A program made the translations under genes and the position numbers. The notes under the pieces were generated by a model. It did no database searches and was not told the origin of the DNA. It was given only the letters and a program-made list of their open reading frames with translations. From Octopus vulgaris (Eukaryota): a DNA stretch of 64,000 nucleotides. Below, one piece after another: positions 14,965 to 29,841 of the stretch (position 1 is its first letter; the number at the start of each line of letters is the position of its first letter). Where the stretch lies: positions 25,482,001 to 25,546,000 of the forward strand of contig OX597832.1 in assembly GCA_951406725.2 (NCBI GenBank). The letters are read 5' to 3'.

Positions 14965-15455
14965 TTCTATGTTTGACTTTTGCTTTACATTTGCACAAGC
15001 TGGCTCCAAGTCTCACCCAGAGACCTCAAGAGACAACAAGTTGGAAGTCCATGTTGGTGTTATGCCTAGGGTGCCATATATTTGGTTTTGTACTTAGTAT
15101 TGTACTAGTGAATGCCTAAAAAAACCATACGAAAATTATGTTTGTTTTAAACCTTGAGATTACAAAGAAAGTATTTTGCGTAGGATATGAGCAGTTCCCA
15201 TGAGCACTATCTTTTGAATTTCTGCCATTTTGGGGTTTCCTGATATTTGAGCTAGGTAGCAATCAGCCTCTTTTGCTATCATTCCCAGGGCACCTATGAC
15301 AACAGGTATTGTTTTAGTCTTCAGGTTCCACATTTTGCTGATTTCTATTTCCAGATCTTTATATTTGCTCAGTTTCTGGTAGGTCTTGACAGATACGTTT
15401 ATATCGATTGGGATAGTCATATCAATGAGGAGGCATGTTTTTTGTCTGAAGTCTT
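14965..15455 (-). mobile_element. R4/Dong-like LINE family 1, 5'-truncated 3' end (RLE C-terminus, UTR, (AAT)n tail)
   Basis: ORF 15160-15420 (KLSKYKDLEIEI..WNLKT..IPVVIGALG...QKIVLMGTAHILRKIL) is near-identical to the C-terminal part of the 24928-25944 ORF; ends in a (TAA)n array. Confidence 0.92.
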
Positions 15456-15459
15456 TATT

Positions 15460-17224
15460 ATTATTATTCAGTAGTTTTATTTTTATTTTTATAGCGTGCT
15501 TTCACTTCACTACCGAGCACAGCTCTGTGTGCCTTGGGTATGTGCTGTGATTTGTTGTGATGCTCTGATGGTTATTGTATGGAAAGTGTTCTGCGTAGGA
15601 TGTGTGCAGTGCCCAGTAGTGCAATTTTCTGTATGTTATATGTGTTTGTAAGTCCTGGTGTTTTTGTTATGTATTTGTCTGAATATTTTTTTATCATGCC
15701 TAATGCACCTACTATGATAGGAATTGTTTCTGTTTTCAGATTCCACATTCTAGTTACCTCTATTTCCAGGTCTTTGTATTTTGAGAGTTTCTCCATTTCT
15801 TTTAGAGACACGTTGTCATCTGCCGGTACTGATACATCAATTAGAAAGCATTTTTTTCTTCATGGTCTCTGACAACTATATCTGGTCTGTTGGCCTTAAT
15901 TTCTCTATCTGTGTGTATCGGCATATCCCAGAGTATGGTTGCTTTCTCGTTTTCTGTGACCTTTTCTGGTGTGTGCCTATACCATCTTTTTTCTGTTGTT
16001 ATTCCATAATGTTGGCATAGCTTCCAATGTATGTAAGTTCCAACTCTGTCATGTCTGTGAATATATTCCTTCTTAGCCAGGACTGGGCAGCTAGAGATAA
16101 TATGATTTATTGTTTCTTGTCCATCTCCACATATTCTGCAGTTACTTGTAATATTTCTTTTCATTACATGTTTTTGGTAATTTCTGGTGGGGAGGCTTTG
16201 GTCTTGTGCTGCAATTAAAAATCCCTCTGTTTCTGCTTTGAGTCCTGAGCTTCTCAACCATTGCTGGGATTTTTCTTTGTCTATTTCTTTTGCGTTTAGT
16301 TTAGTCCAGTATTTACCATGAAGGGGCTTTTCTTGCCATCGTTTTATCATGGTTCTTTGCTGTTCTATTTTTAGTTTGGATTTCATTTTTTTTATAGCTT
16401 TTGTTGTTTCTTCATCTTCTTCTTCTTCTTCATGTTTATTAGGTGGTATGATTTCTTGTTTGTATTTGTCAGCTTCCTTAAATACTGAGAACAGTTTTTT
16501 GTTTTGCTCGTGTTTTGCCGCTATCTGGATCAGTTTTCCTTCCTTCTGAAGTAGATATTTTTGCAGTCCTATGGTGGTTATTTTATAGTAGTTTTCCAGC
16601 TGTATAAGGCCTCTACCACCTTCTATACGTTGTATATATAGTCTTTCTATGTCAGATTTTGGGTGATGCATCCTAGATCCTGTCATTATTTTTCTTGTTT
16701 TCCTGTCTATTTTGGTCAGTTCATTTCGTGTCCAGTTAAGGATATTGTAGCTGTAACTTATAACTGGGACAGCTAAAGTGTTGATACCTATTATCTTGTT
16801 TTTAGCATTGAGCTCTGTGTTTAGTATTGATCTAACTCGTCTATAATATTCTTTTTTTATTTTCTCTTTCATTTGTGTGTGTTGTGTCTTATCTAGTTCA
16901 TGGATTCCTAAGTATTTGTAAGTTTGGCTTTGGTCTAATTCTTTTATTTCATTTGCTTCATCTAGTGTGATGTTGTTACTCTTAACTAGTTTTCCTCTTT
17001 TCATGGTTACTTTGGCGCATTTTTCTAATCCAAATTTCATATATATTTCTTTGGTAAATCCATGAACTGTCTTTAATAGTGTTTCCAGCTGTTTGTCATT
17101 TGCAGCGTATAGTTTTAGGTCATCCATATATAAAAGGTGGCTGATCGTTTGGCCGTAACATTTATATCCGCATCCAGTTCTATTTAGCATATCAGATAGA
17201 GGTGACAGTGCTAAGCAGAAAAGG
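15460..17224 (-). mobile_element. R4/Dong-like LINE family 2, 5'-truncated (partial RT, CCHC, restriction-like endonuclease), one frameshift
   Basis: ORF 15841-17190 has RT motif HLLYMDDLKL, YKYLG, GGRGL, CCHC knuckle CRICGDGQETINHIISSC, RHD and RPDIVV. After a frameshift in an A-run (~15850-15860) it continues as FLIDVSVP...EKLSKYKDL (ORF 15572-15811). Ends in an (AAT) tail. Confidence 0.95.
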
Positions 17225-17335
17225 ACTGGATGCGGATATAAATGTTACGGCCAAACGATCAGCCACCTTTTATATATGGATGACCTAAAACTATACGCTG
17301 CAAATGACAAACAGCTGGAAACACTATTAAAGACA

Positions 17336-17338
<3 letters not shown>
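17065..17338. repeat. Perfect 114-bp inverted duplication at the LINE 5' junction (arms 17065-17178 and 17225-17338, 46-bp spacer)
   Basis: Arms compared base by base with no mismatch seen; explains the + strand ORF 17276 MDDLKLYAANDKQLETLLKTV. Confidence 0.95.
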
Positions 17339-17406
<68 letters not shown>

Positions 17407-17427
17407 CATTATTATTATTATTATTAT

Positions 17428-17504
<77 letters not shown>

Positions 17505-19506
17505 ATAAATGTTTAGCTGAGGAAATGTCGACGATAAGAAGTCAAAAGAAAAAAGAATAACGAAGAATTCTTTTACAGCTGTTTCGTGGATGATTGTCCT
17601 CTCATCAGAAGTAGAAAGTGAATGTGAAGATAATGTTGGAGTAATAGTGGAAATGTGGTAGGAGTAAGTTTGGTAGGGAATGACAGGTAAATGATGATGG
17701 TGAGGGATTGTGGTGGTGAGCATGGTTCCTTTTTGTCGCCGCGACATAGTGTTCGTCGTAGTGGCGTTGTTGTTGGTAGTGATAGTGATGGTGGTGGTGG
17801 CGGAGGTGATGAGGGTGGTGATGAAGGTGACGGTGGTGGTGATAGTAGTGATAGTGGTTATGATGGTGGCTGGTGATGCTGATGATGGTGGCGATAGTGA
17901 TGAGGGTGGTGGTGGTGGTGATGGCGGTGGTGGCGTCTAGTGATACTGATGATGCTGATGGTGGTAGTGATGGTGGCTGATGGTGGCTGATGGTGATGGT
18001 GGTGGCGGCGGTTGGTAATGGCAGTCATGTGGTGAGAGTTGGGTGGCGGTTGTGGTAGCGATAACGATGATGGTTATCGTGATTGTTGTGATGGTGGTGA
18101 CTATGGATTTGTTAGTGGCGACGGAGATAATCATGGCAGCGGTCTGAAACGTAATAATCGATTGTAAACTATTAATTTAAACAGAAAAAAACACACACAA
18201 ATAAAAGAAAAATAAGCGAAAACAAAAACATACAAACAAGAAATAAAAAGAAAGCCTATCGCCATCTTGTTTGCTCAAAGATTCTTTGTCAATCTTTAAA
18301 CACAGACCAAATTGTTTTTCTTGCTTTCTCCTCTTCCTACTCCCCTCAAAATACATTCAGCCGATCAGTTTCTGTCCCACCCCCGCCATCAGTGACCCGA
18401 CCACCCCTGCCGCCACCGTCTACACCGCCATCGACACCAATTCTGTCATCACTGCTATCACCATCACGATCATCATCATCATCAGCATCGCGAACACTAC
18501 GACCATTGCCGCCGCTAAGTCCACTACCACCGCCACCACCATCGCCATTTCCACCACCACCACCACCGCCAAAACCACCACCACCACCACCACCACCACC
18601 AGCACCACCACCTCTATCACCACAATCACCGTCACCACCACCATCCTCACCACCACCATAACCACATCACCACTGCAATCACTGTTACTCTCACTACCCT
18701 CCCTACTACTACTACCACCACCCGTTGTTAGTGTAGTTTTGGTTACAGTGCAGTGTGGTTGCGGTTATGGATGCGGTTGCAGTGACGGCGTAGTGCGATT
18801 GCGGTTGTAGGGTGGGTGGACGGTGCTGTTTATGTTGCGGTTGTAGTGTTGGCCATTGTTGTGGTGGCGACAGGTTCGAGTTAAGCAGAGGTATTTGTGA
18901 AAAGCGATGATGATGATGATGATGATGATGAGGGGGAGGAGGAGAAAAAGGACGGAAAGGAAGAGGAGCGGGGGAAAGGTGGGGAAGTGGAGGAGGAGAA
19001 ATTGTTGCTGATGGTGGTGGAGAGCGACGGCGGCACGGGCGAGTTGGGCAGGGCGATGGATGTGGAGAGGAAGATGAGAATGAAAACAGACAAGGGAAGA
19101 AGAAGAAGAAGAAGAAGAAGAAGAAGAAGAAGAAGAAGAAGAAAGAAGAAGAAAGAAGAACAAGAAAGAGAGGAAGAATGAAAAGAAGAAGAAAGAGAAG
19201 AAGGTGAAGAAGAAGAAAAAAGAGAAGCAGGTAAAGAAGAAGAAGAAAGAGAAGGTAAAGAAGAAGAAAAAGATCTAGTGTATTCAGGAACGGTGTAACA
19301 TCAATGAAGTATATGTGTGTGTATATATACGTACGGACGTATGGACGTGCATATGTATGTATCTATATATGTATGTATGCATGTATGTATGTATTTATGT
19401 ATGTATGTACGTATGAACCCATCAATCTATCCATATATGTACGTGTGCGCACGCGCTTATTCATGTGTATCGTATTACACAGGATATTGAGACCATTGCT
19501 ATAGAG

Positions 19507-19790
19507 CAGAAATTCTCAAACCTTTTGAGCCACCCACCCCCACCTCATAGCCATATAATACCATCAGCGCCCCACCCCTATTTTTATGTATAAATAAATA
19601 TCTTATACTTTACTAATTTATTGATACTATGAATCATTTGATATTTAATATAATATTATATAATTTGTATACAATATCATAATAATTTTATGATAATTAA
19701 ATTCAAAGCCTTCCTCCCAACGCCTCCTTTTTCTCTACCGCGCCCCCTTAGGCTTCAGCATCCACTTGGACCGTCTCAACGCCCACCGCA
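19507..19790. mobile_element. Possible hAT-like non-autonomous DNA transposon remnant
   Basis: Begins CAGAAATTCTCAAACCTTTT (hAT/Charlie-like terminus) with CGCCCC subterminal motifs; no clear right TIR. Confidence 0.4.
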
Positions 19791-19809
19791 GACACCAGAC
19801 ACACACACA

Positions 19810-19849
<40 letters not shown>

Positions 19850-19852
<3 letters not shown>

Positions 19853-20016
19853 GACAGGCTTCTTTCAGTTTCCGTCTATCAAATCCACTCACAAGGCTTT
19901 GATCGGCTCGAGGCTTTAGTAGAAGATACTTGCCCAAGGTGCCACGCAGTGGGACTGAACCGGGAAACCTGACGTTGGGAAGCAAGCTTGGTACCACACA
20001 ACCACCTCTGCACCTG
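19850..20016 (-). mobile_element. SINE group B 5' half
   Basis: Matches 57135-57299. Confidence 0.85.
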
Positions 20017-20172
20017 CAGTGTGTGTGAACATGCATATATGCGTGAATGTGTGTATATGTATATATATATATATATTATATAAATTAGAGACAAAACCAC
20101 TATTATACAAATCAAACAAAAAAAGACTTAATCCAATACATAAATTAATTTATAGTATTTAGTAATTGCGTA

Positions 20173-20215
<43 letters not shown>

Positions 20216-20344
20216 ATAGATAGATAGATAGATAGATGTCATTATATGAACATATATATTACATGTACATATATATACATATGTGCGTCTTTGTGTATGT
20301 GCAATGATTTCTGCTACCTTTACACACCGACACATACACCTCCC

Positions 20345-20387
<43 letters not shown>

Positions 20388-20405
20388 ATAATATAATATA
20401 ATATG

Positions 20406-20507
<102 letters not shown>

Positions 20508-20561
20508 CATATATATATGTATGTATATATATATATATATGTGTATATATATATGTATATA

Positions 20562-20643
<82 letters not shown>

Positions 20644-22549
20644 TATACGCGTATGCATGTTGTGTTTCTTTAATATCCATTTTATAATAATACATTTGAC
20701 TCCTCCATTTTCATTTTTCGATATTTAAGCTTCCATATATATTGAGACAATGGTGTGCATTTAAGTTTCTCTCAGAATGTAGATAGTACTACAAAGGATT
20801 GCGAGCCTAATCTATTCTGCACTATTTATTCGCCGGAGATGGGGGACTGCATTTTTTGTTTGTCTGTTTGTTTCTATTTTTTTTTAGATTGGATTGATTT
20901 TGCCGCACACCGAAAACTATATCATTGCCAGAATACTAACTTTTCTCAAAGCTTATACTAATCAAAAAAGTTGCCATCTTCACATCCATCCAAGTTACTC
21001 TCATGGGTGATGATTTAAAAAATAAGGGCTTGGAGAAGAAGAAGAAGAAGAAGAAGAAGAAGAAGAAGAAGAAGAAGAAGAAGAGGAGGAGGAGGAAGAA
21101 GAAGAAGAAGAAGAAGAAGAAGAAGAAGAAGAAGAAAGAAGAAAGTAACGAAAGGATGTGTGTATGTGAGGTGAAACATGAACACAGAGAGAAAGGTAGA
21201 GAGAGAGAGAGTGAGAGAGAGAAAGAGAAATAGAGAGGAAGACAAATAATGGAATAGAGAAAGTAAAAGTTAAAAGCATTGAGGTGAAGAGCGGGTAGAG
21301 TTAGTACATGTGTGTTTGTGTGTGTATGAAATCCTTTGGAAAGTAACAAAGAGAGAGAGAGAGAGAGGATAAGAGAGAGTGCATGTGTGTGTCTGTGTGC
21401 GTGCGTGTGTATGTGTGTGTGTTGTATACTTGTGTATGGTTCTGTGTGGGTGCGTGTCAATCCGTGTGTGTATGTGTGGTAATTTGTGCGTATGCGGTGT
21501 ATGCATGCGTATGTATGAGCGCCTGTGTGTATGTACGTCATGCATATATGTGTGTTTGAGTGTGTGTATATGTTTGTGTGTGTGTGTGTTTGTGTACGGG
21601 GTTTGTGAAACGTAGATGGGGATGGTGGGGTGGGAAGATGTGAAAAATAAACAGATTTGCGGTTTGTTTCGTTCCGGTGTATATTTAAAGGACGAAGTGG
21701 TGGGAAAAGATGGCGGACTAGAATTAAGCAGATTGTAAGGACAATGGTTGAAGCGTGAGTGGGAGGGAGAGTAGGAGGAAGAAGAATACAGAGGGTGATA
21801 AAGGAGAAAAGTGAGAATACGATATGCAGAGACAGGGGTAGGAGGAGAGCTAGGGGGATTAGAAGAGGAAGAGGTGAGGGTCATTATGGAGAGTATCGAA
21901 TGAAGGATGGAGGGCAGAGAGCCAGGCGAAGAAGGTGTGTGTGAAGGAGGGCAGAAGGATCAACAAACATCGCGGTTTGTCACTGACGGGTCTCAGTGAT
22001 GGATCTTAGTGCTTAGAAAATAGGGAGATTGAGACGAAGGGGAGGACGAGTGGGGGGGGGGGGGTATGGAGAGAGGGCAAAACGGAAGAGAGAGAGAAAT
22101 GGAGAGAGAGAGGGATTACTGAGAAAGAAGTATGGGGAAAAGAGGGGTCGACGGAGGGGGACAAGAGAGAAGGCAAGAGAAAGATACGGAAGCATTAGGA
22201 TTGGACAAAAGGGGGGTATACAGAGAAAAAGAAGAGAACGCGAAAGGGTGGTATGGAGAGAGGAGGAGAAGAGAGATATGGGGGAGAGGAGGAGAAATGA
22301 AAACGATGAATTCAGGGTAGATGAAGGAAACACAAGAAGAAGAAATAAAGAGAGAGAGAGGTAAACGAGAGAGATATCGAGAGAAAGAGAGAGAAATGTG
22401 GAGTGGTAGAGAGAGAGAGAGAGAGAGAGACTGAGATGGGTGGGATTGAGGTAGGGAGGGTGTTGGTAGTTGGTTGTGATTAGGCTGATTGTTTTTGCGT
22501 ATGTGGCGGTGGCGGTGTGAAAGAGGGTAAGAGAGAAACAGAGACGAAG

Positions 22550-22616
<67 letters not shown>

Positions 22617-23019
22617 AACAGAAGATATATGGAATGAAAAAGATTGAGAGAATGAAACAGAGACAAAGAGAAAAAAAAAGAAAAAATTAGAAAGGAAGAA
22701 AAGAAAATTAGTCAGGAAAAGAAAGAAAGAAACAGAAGATATAGGGAATGAAAAAGATTGCGAGAGAGAGGGAGAGAGAGAGAGAGAGAGAGTGAGTGAA
22801 AGAGGAATTGTGAGAGTAAATAGAAAGAGAGAAGTAGAAAGAGATAGAGGAAGACATTAACAACTTGTGTGTGTGTGTGTGTGTATGTGTGTGTGTGTGT
22901 GTGTGTATATATAAATATGTATATGTGCGTTTATGCATGTGTGGTGTATGTGAGCAAGAAAGAGGAAAGGGAAAGAGTTGTACTTGATTTTAGCCCCGAG
23001 TCAAACTCAGCTGAGCATT

Positions 23020-23148
23020 TCCAAGGCTTTGATCGGTGCGGGATTGTGGTCGGAGACACTTGTGCAAGATGCCACGCTGTGGGACTGAACCCGGAACCAC
23101 GTGGCTAGGAAGCAAACTTTTTTTTACCACACAGATACGCCTGCGCCT
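23020..23148 (-). mobile_element. SINE group B head
   Basis: GCCACGCTGTGGGACTGAACCCGGAACCACGTGG...CCTGCGCCT matches other copies. Confidence 0.8.
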
Positions 23149-23276
23149 ACTTTATTAACTCCATGGTACTTGGTGCAGTGTCTGTGTGAGGGATATCATG
23201 ATGAGGGATGATATCCCTCACACAGATATCATGCTAATCACGAACAGCAATGGCGACAGTCTGCCTCCCTGAAATA

Positions 23277-23559
23277 TTGTTGTTTGTTCCTTCTCGAACC
23301 TTGCCAGGCTCATAAGGGCCGGTTTCCCGGTTTCCTTGGCGTATAGGTTCCCCATCTGGACGGGACGCCGGTCCGTCGCAGGTGAGCTGCAAGATGCAGG
23401 AGGAAAGAGTGAGAGAAAGTTGTGGCGAAAGAGTCAGCCGGAGCCGTGTGGAACTTAGGTGTTTCGCTCATAAACACACCCATCACCCGGTCTGAGATTC
23501 GAACCCGCGATCGCTCGACAGCGAGTCCGTTGCTCTAACCACTAGGCCATGTGCCTCCA
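23277..23559 (-). mobile_element. tRNA-derived SINE group C, tail variant 2 (near full length)
   Basis: Reverse complement of 58041-58311; A box TGGCCTAGTGG, B box GGTTCGAATCT; tail GAAGGAACAAACAACAA. Confidence 0.9.
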
Positions 23560-23569
23560 TCCGTGAAAT

Positions 23570-24630
23570 ATGCCTCTCCTGATATTAACCGTAGCCAGAA
23601 ATTCTCCACATGATGTTAACTCTATATTCCAGTTCTTCAGTGATCTGATAAAATTCAAAAACTATCAGAGACTTGTACCAACTCAAGAATCTCTAAAATC
23701 CAGGAAGGGAGACCATGTCATAAGCTTTCTTATTATCGATCCACACCAACCCAGATTTCTTCTTACGGTCATTCAGCATCATTCTGTCTATCAGAAGTTG
23801 ATCTTTTGTCCTTCGACTTTTCCTCCAGCATCCCTTCTGTTCCACTGGCAGCTTGTCATTAATTTCAAGGTAGCGATACATACAATTAGATACTATTTCC
23901 GTTATCAACTTCCACAACAGGGGCAGGCAGGAGATAGTCCGTTGGTTACCCACTGGGATCTTTTCGCTTTGACCGGCAGATTTTAAAAATAATTTCTTTG
24001 TAACTAAACACTTTTAACCTTCGCACACTGGTAGTGTGTTACATAAAACATATTTTTCTCTTGGCTTTCTTGAGAAAATTCTTGACACACTACAGCAGAA
24101 ATTGTATTCCCCTCAATAGACGTCATTGATTGGTTGAAATTGCTTGAAATGCAAGAAATTAAACAACAAATAGCTTACAAACTACAGAATTTTCTCAAAA
24201 AGCCAAGAGAAAAAGATGTTCTATGTAAACACATTCTACCGGTATACGAAGTTTAAAAGTGTTTAGTTACAAAGAAATTATTTTAAAAATCTGCCGGTCA
24301 AAGCGAAAAGATCCATCCACTGCATAAACGCTACCGGAGTCCTTTTAGCAAAGAACCGTTTTTCCTGCGATCATACGCTTCGCAATTTCCATCCCGTTGT
24401 TGATCATTTCATCCACTTGCTTTGCTATTCTTTCGTGTAATGGTGTAATTCTTTCAACCAGGACCCTTCTCCCCAATCCGGGCCTCTACATTTCCAGTTT
24501 TAAAGCTTTGTTGTCTGCTAGTTCACCGTTTCCATCGTTATCCTTATATTCTTTCACATCATTTTCCTCTATTCTTAATTTCTTCAATTTTTCAGCGTCG
24601 TTCTTATGATTCTTTCCGCTATCCCATAAT
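23570..24630 (-). mobile_element. Old R4/Dong-like LINE RT fragment interrupted by a MITE
   Basis: Minus strand WK.RGPD...WLK and ...GKTVLC*KD, then after the MITE NQRTISCLPLLWKL...EQKGC...TKDQLLID...WIDNKKAYDMV (RT domains 0-3). Confidence 0.85.
23955..24315. mobile_element. MITE with ~125-bp TIRs and apparent 6-bp TSD
   Basis: GGGATCTTTTCGCTTTGACCGGCAGATTTT ... AAAATCTGCCGGTCAAAGCGAAAAGATCCA; flanks CCCACT (23949-23954) and TCCACT (24316-24321). Confidence 0.9.
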
Positions 24631-24645
24631 GTTACCTCATCATCA

Positions 24646-24703
<58 letters not shown>

Positions 24704-24715
24704 GATTAGTATTAT

Positions 24716-25950
24716 TATTCTATGTTAGACTTTTGCTTTATATTTGTACAAGTTGGCTCCAAGTCTCACCCAGAGACCTCAAGAGACAACAGGGTTGGAA
24801 GTTCATGTTGTTGTTATGCCTAGTGGGCCATATATTTGGGGGGTGGGGGTGTTGTACTAATGAATGTCTAAAATTTTTTTTTTTTTTTTTTTTAAACCGA
24901 AAATTATGTTTGTTTTAAACCTTGAGATTACATAGAAAGTATTTTGCGTAGGATATGAGCAGTTCCCATGAGCACTATCTTTTGAATTTCTGCCATTTTG
25001 GGGTTTCCTGGTATCTGAGTTAGGTAGCTATCTGCCCCTTTTGCTATCATTCCCAGGGCACCTATGACAACAGGTATTGTTTTAGTCTTCAGGTTCCACA
25101 TTTTGCTGATTTCTATTTCCAGATCTTTATATTTGCTCAGTTTTTGGTAGGTCTTGACAGATACGTTTATATCGATTGGGACAGTCATATCAATGAGGAG
25201 GTATGTTCTTTGTTTGAAGTCTTTCAATATGATGTCTGGCCTATTTGCATCTATCTTTCTGTCAGTTTGAATGGCGAAGTTCCAGAGGAGTGAGATGTGG
25301 TCATTTTCAAGCACTGGGGGTGGTTTGTGTTCCCACCAGTTTTTTTCATGGGGCAAATCCAGGTTTTTGCAGATTACCCAGTGAATATATTGTGCAGCTC
25401 TATCGTGCCTGTTGAGATACTCTGTAGGCGCTAGAAGACTGCACTTGGAGACCACATGGTCAATGGTTTCATTTTGTTGCTTGCATACACGACACGTTGG
25501 ACTGCTTCTGATCTTTAATATGTTGGCCTGGTAGTTTCTTGTTGGTAGGCATTGATCTTGAGCTGCTATGATAAACCCCTCTGTTTCAGATTTTAAGCCA
25601 GAGGCCATTAGCCATTGATGGGTCAGGGCTTTGTCAACATCTGCATTATTTGCTCTCTTTGGGTATTTGCCATAGAGAGGTTTTTCTTGCCATTTATCAT
25701 TCAGAATATCTAAGGCTGAAGATTTAGCACGGGTTTTCATGCGCTTAGCTTTTTCTGTGCCTGTTTCTTGTATGTCTATCTCTAATTCCGAAATTTGTTG
25801 TATTCGGAATTCACTTAGATATTCCTTTGCCTGTTTTGTTACTGAGTATGATGCTTTCTTGCTTTCATGTTTTGAGACAAGTTTTAACATCCAGTCCTCA
25901 GAGTTTTTCAGGTAGGTGTCTAGGCCAATTGTAGCAATCTTCATTGTTAT
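24716..25950 (-). mobile_element. R4/Dong-like LINE family 1, 5'-truncated; open 338-aa C-terminal ORF (24928-25944)
   Basis: SGLKSETEGFIIAAQDQ, CCHC CRVCKQQNETIDHVVSKC, RHD, RPDIIL..LLIDMTVP, KLSKYKDL; flanked on both sides by (TTA)n. Confidence 0.95.
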
Positions 25951-25956
25951 TGCCAG

Positions 25957-26770
<814 letters not shown>

Positions 26771-26812
26771 TCTCTCTCACTCTCTCTCTCTCTATCTCTC
26801 TATCTCTTTCTT

Positions 26813-26849
<37 letters not shown>

Positions 26850-27019
26850 ATATATATATATATATCTATCTATCTTTCTATCTATCTATCTGTCTGTCTA
26901 TCTGTCTGTCTATCTGTCTGTGTGTCTGCCTCTCAAACTCCCTCTTCATATGCGCGTATGTATATGTAAATATATGTATATATATATATACAAGATAGAT
27001 TGCTAGCCACTACACATTC

Positions 27020-27269
<250 letters not shown>

Positions 27270-27812
27270 TATATATATATATATCACACACACATCACAC
27301 ACACACATATATATATACATATACACACACGCAGTAATAATCGCAGTTTCAGAGGTGATAACAGGGCCGATATTGACGACATTGACGATGTTATTGTCGT
27401 AGCTACAGCTACTGCTGCTGCTACTGCTACTGCTGCTGCTACTGCTACTGCTGCTGCTCTCGCTGCCGCTGCGGGTGAGAGGGGTGAGTGGCGGAGGAGA
27501 GCGCGCTAGAAAGAGAAAGGAGTCATTTAATCAAGAGCAGTAAAAACATGGCTGCGAGGGCTTGAAGTGAACTGACCAAATATCCTTTTTAATAATTCCG
27601 TCTTTTGGTGTTTAGCTTGCAATGATGGGAAACGCCATGTTTACATAATGCCGGTCAACAGATTTTGGTCAAAGAGAGCACCGCCTTAGCTCTGCTCCGC
27701 CATTGTTTACGACTCTCTCACCCTCGCTTTCACTCTCATTCTCACTCTTTTCAATATGTGTATGTGTGTATGTGTGTATGTGTGTATGTGTGTCTCAGAA
27801 TTGCACTCCTTC

Positions 27813-27859
<47 letters not shown>

Positions 27860-28033
27860 ATATAATATATAGGATACATTCATGCATATATATACATATA
27901 TATATATGTATATATGTATGTATATATACCATATATGCATATATATATATATATATGTATATATATATGTATATATATATATATATATATATGTTATATA
28001 TTATGTATATATATATATGCATATACACATACA

Positions 28034-28101
<68 letters not shown>

Positions 28102-28978
28102 GATATATGTAGATATATACATATATATATACATACATATGTGTTCACGTGTATATATACACAAATACTTCTGCCTATTTCTACATGTATGTGCACGTGT
28201 ACATATATATATATATATATGCACATACATATATACATACAGATGTATATTCATATATATACATACATATATATATGCATGTATGTATGTATATGCATGT
28301 GTATATGTGTATATATTCATAAAGTGATGTGTGTGTTTGTGTGTGCATGTGTACGAGCGTATGTAGCATGTGTACGAGCGTGTGTATATTTTGTGTGTAT
28401 GTACGTGTGTGTGTGTATGTGCATGCGTATATATATACTTGTAACTGTGTCTATAATCTTTCCTCTACTTCCTCTTTGTTTGTCTTTGCTCTCTTAACAG
28501 TCTCCCCCTCAGCTTCCCTCTCTCTTTCTCTTTACATCCTCCCAGACACACATGCATATACACATTATTCTATCTCCTCCCTCCCTCACGTCTTGCCTCT
28601 CCCTCTTCCTCCCACTCTCTCTCTCTCCCTCTCCTTTGTTCAATGAATATTCATATTTGTGTTGATCCCCCAATGCGTTTCTGTGGACAAATATTGGTAA
28701 AAGTTTATATGTTTATGTACAAGTAACCATACATGGAGATCAATATGCAATTATACGTACGCTTCTCTGTTCACATTCTCTTCCCCTTTCTCTTTTTCCG
28801 CCCCACTCTCGCTCTCTCTTTCTCGCTTTCTATTCCTACACACACATACACACACACACATATATATATATGTATGTATAGATAGATACATACACACATA
28901 AATATTCTTGTATGGACATACATACACACATTCTTCATGCAGGCACATACACGCAAACATATATATATATATATTTAT

Positions 28979-29011
<33 letters not shown>

Positions 29012-29492
29012 CATATATATGTATATATATGTATATATATACATATATATGCATACATATATATATATATATATATATATACATACTTACATATGTATAT
29101 ATATATATATATATATATACATACATACCTATATATACATACATATATATATACGTATATATACATATATATATACATATATATATTTATGTATGTATAT
29201 ATATATATGTATATCCATATGTATGTATGTACGTATGTATGTATGTATGTATGTATGTATGTATGTATGTATGTATGCATGTACAACAAATATGGTGCCT
29301 TTCAAATCGGTGTTAATATGTTGAAATGCTATTCAACCGTTTAACAGAGAGACGATGGTCTCCCATTGAACCGTTTTGTTATTTCGGGACGTGTCCATAC
29401 AAAAGGGGACTTCATTTCTCGCCGGTTACATGTCTATAGGAGCTGACTATTTAACGAATAAATGCATATGTGTGTGTACATGTACTTATACA

Positions 29493-29546
<54 letters not shown>

Positions 29547-29732
29547 TTGTGCAAATAATACGGCAAAAGGGGAAAGTGCTGTGAAGCAAAAGGTTAGTTG
29601 CTGGCGGAGGGAGGACGGGTTTAGGAGTTTATCGTTCAGGATAATAAAGATTCGGTTTCGATTTCAGATTGCCGAAGCCAATTAAATGCATCTATAATAA
29701 TAGTAATAGTAATAATAATAATAATAATAATA

Positions 29733-29839
<107 letters not shown>

Positions 29840-29841
29840 AA

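Noticed and set aside
17276-17560. Separate + strand RT ORF (MDDLKLYAAND...)
   Set aside because: It is the inverted duplicate of 17065-17178 reading into (ATT)n/(ACT)n.
18271-18810. Mucin-like or proline-rich ORFs
   Set aside because: (CAC)n/(CAT)n repeats open in several frames and on both strands; no splice or homology support.
23480-23559. Apparent tRNA genes (also at 39668, 57788, 58041 and 55957)
   Set aside because: A/B boxes are present, but the sequences run into SINE bodies and lack a proper acceptor stem; they are tRNA-derived heads.
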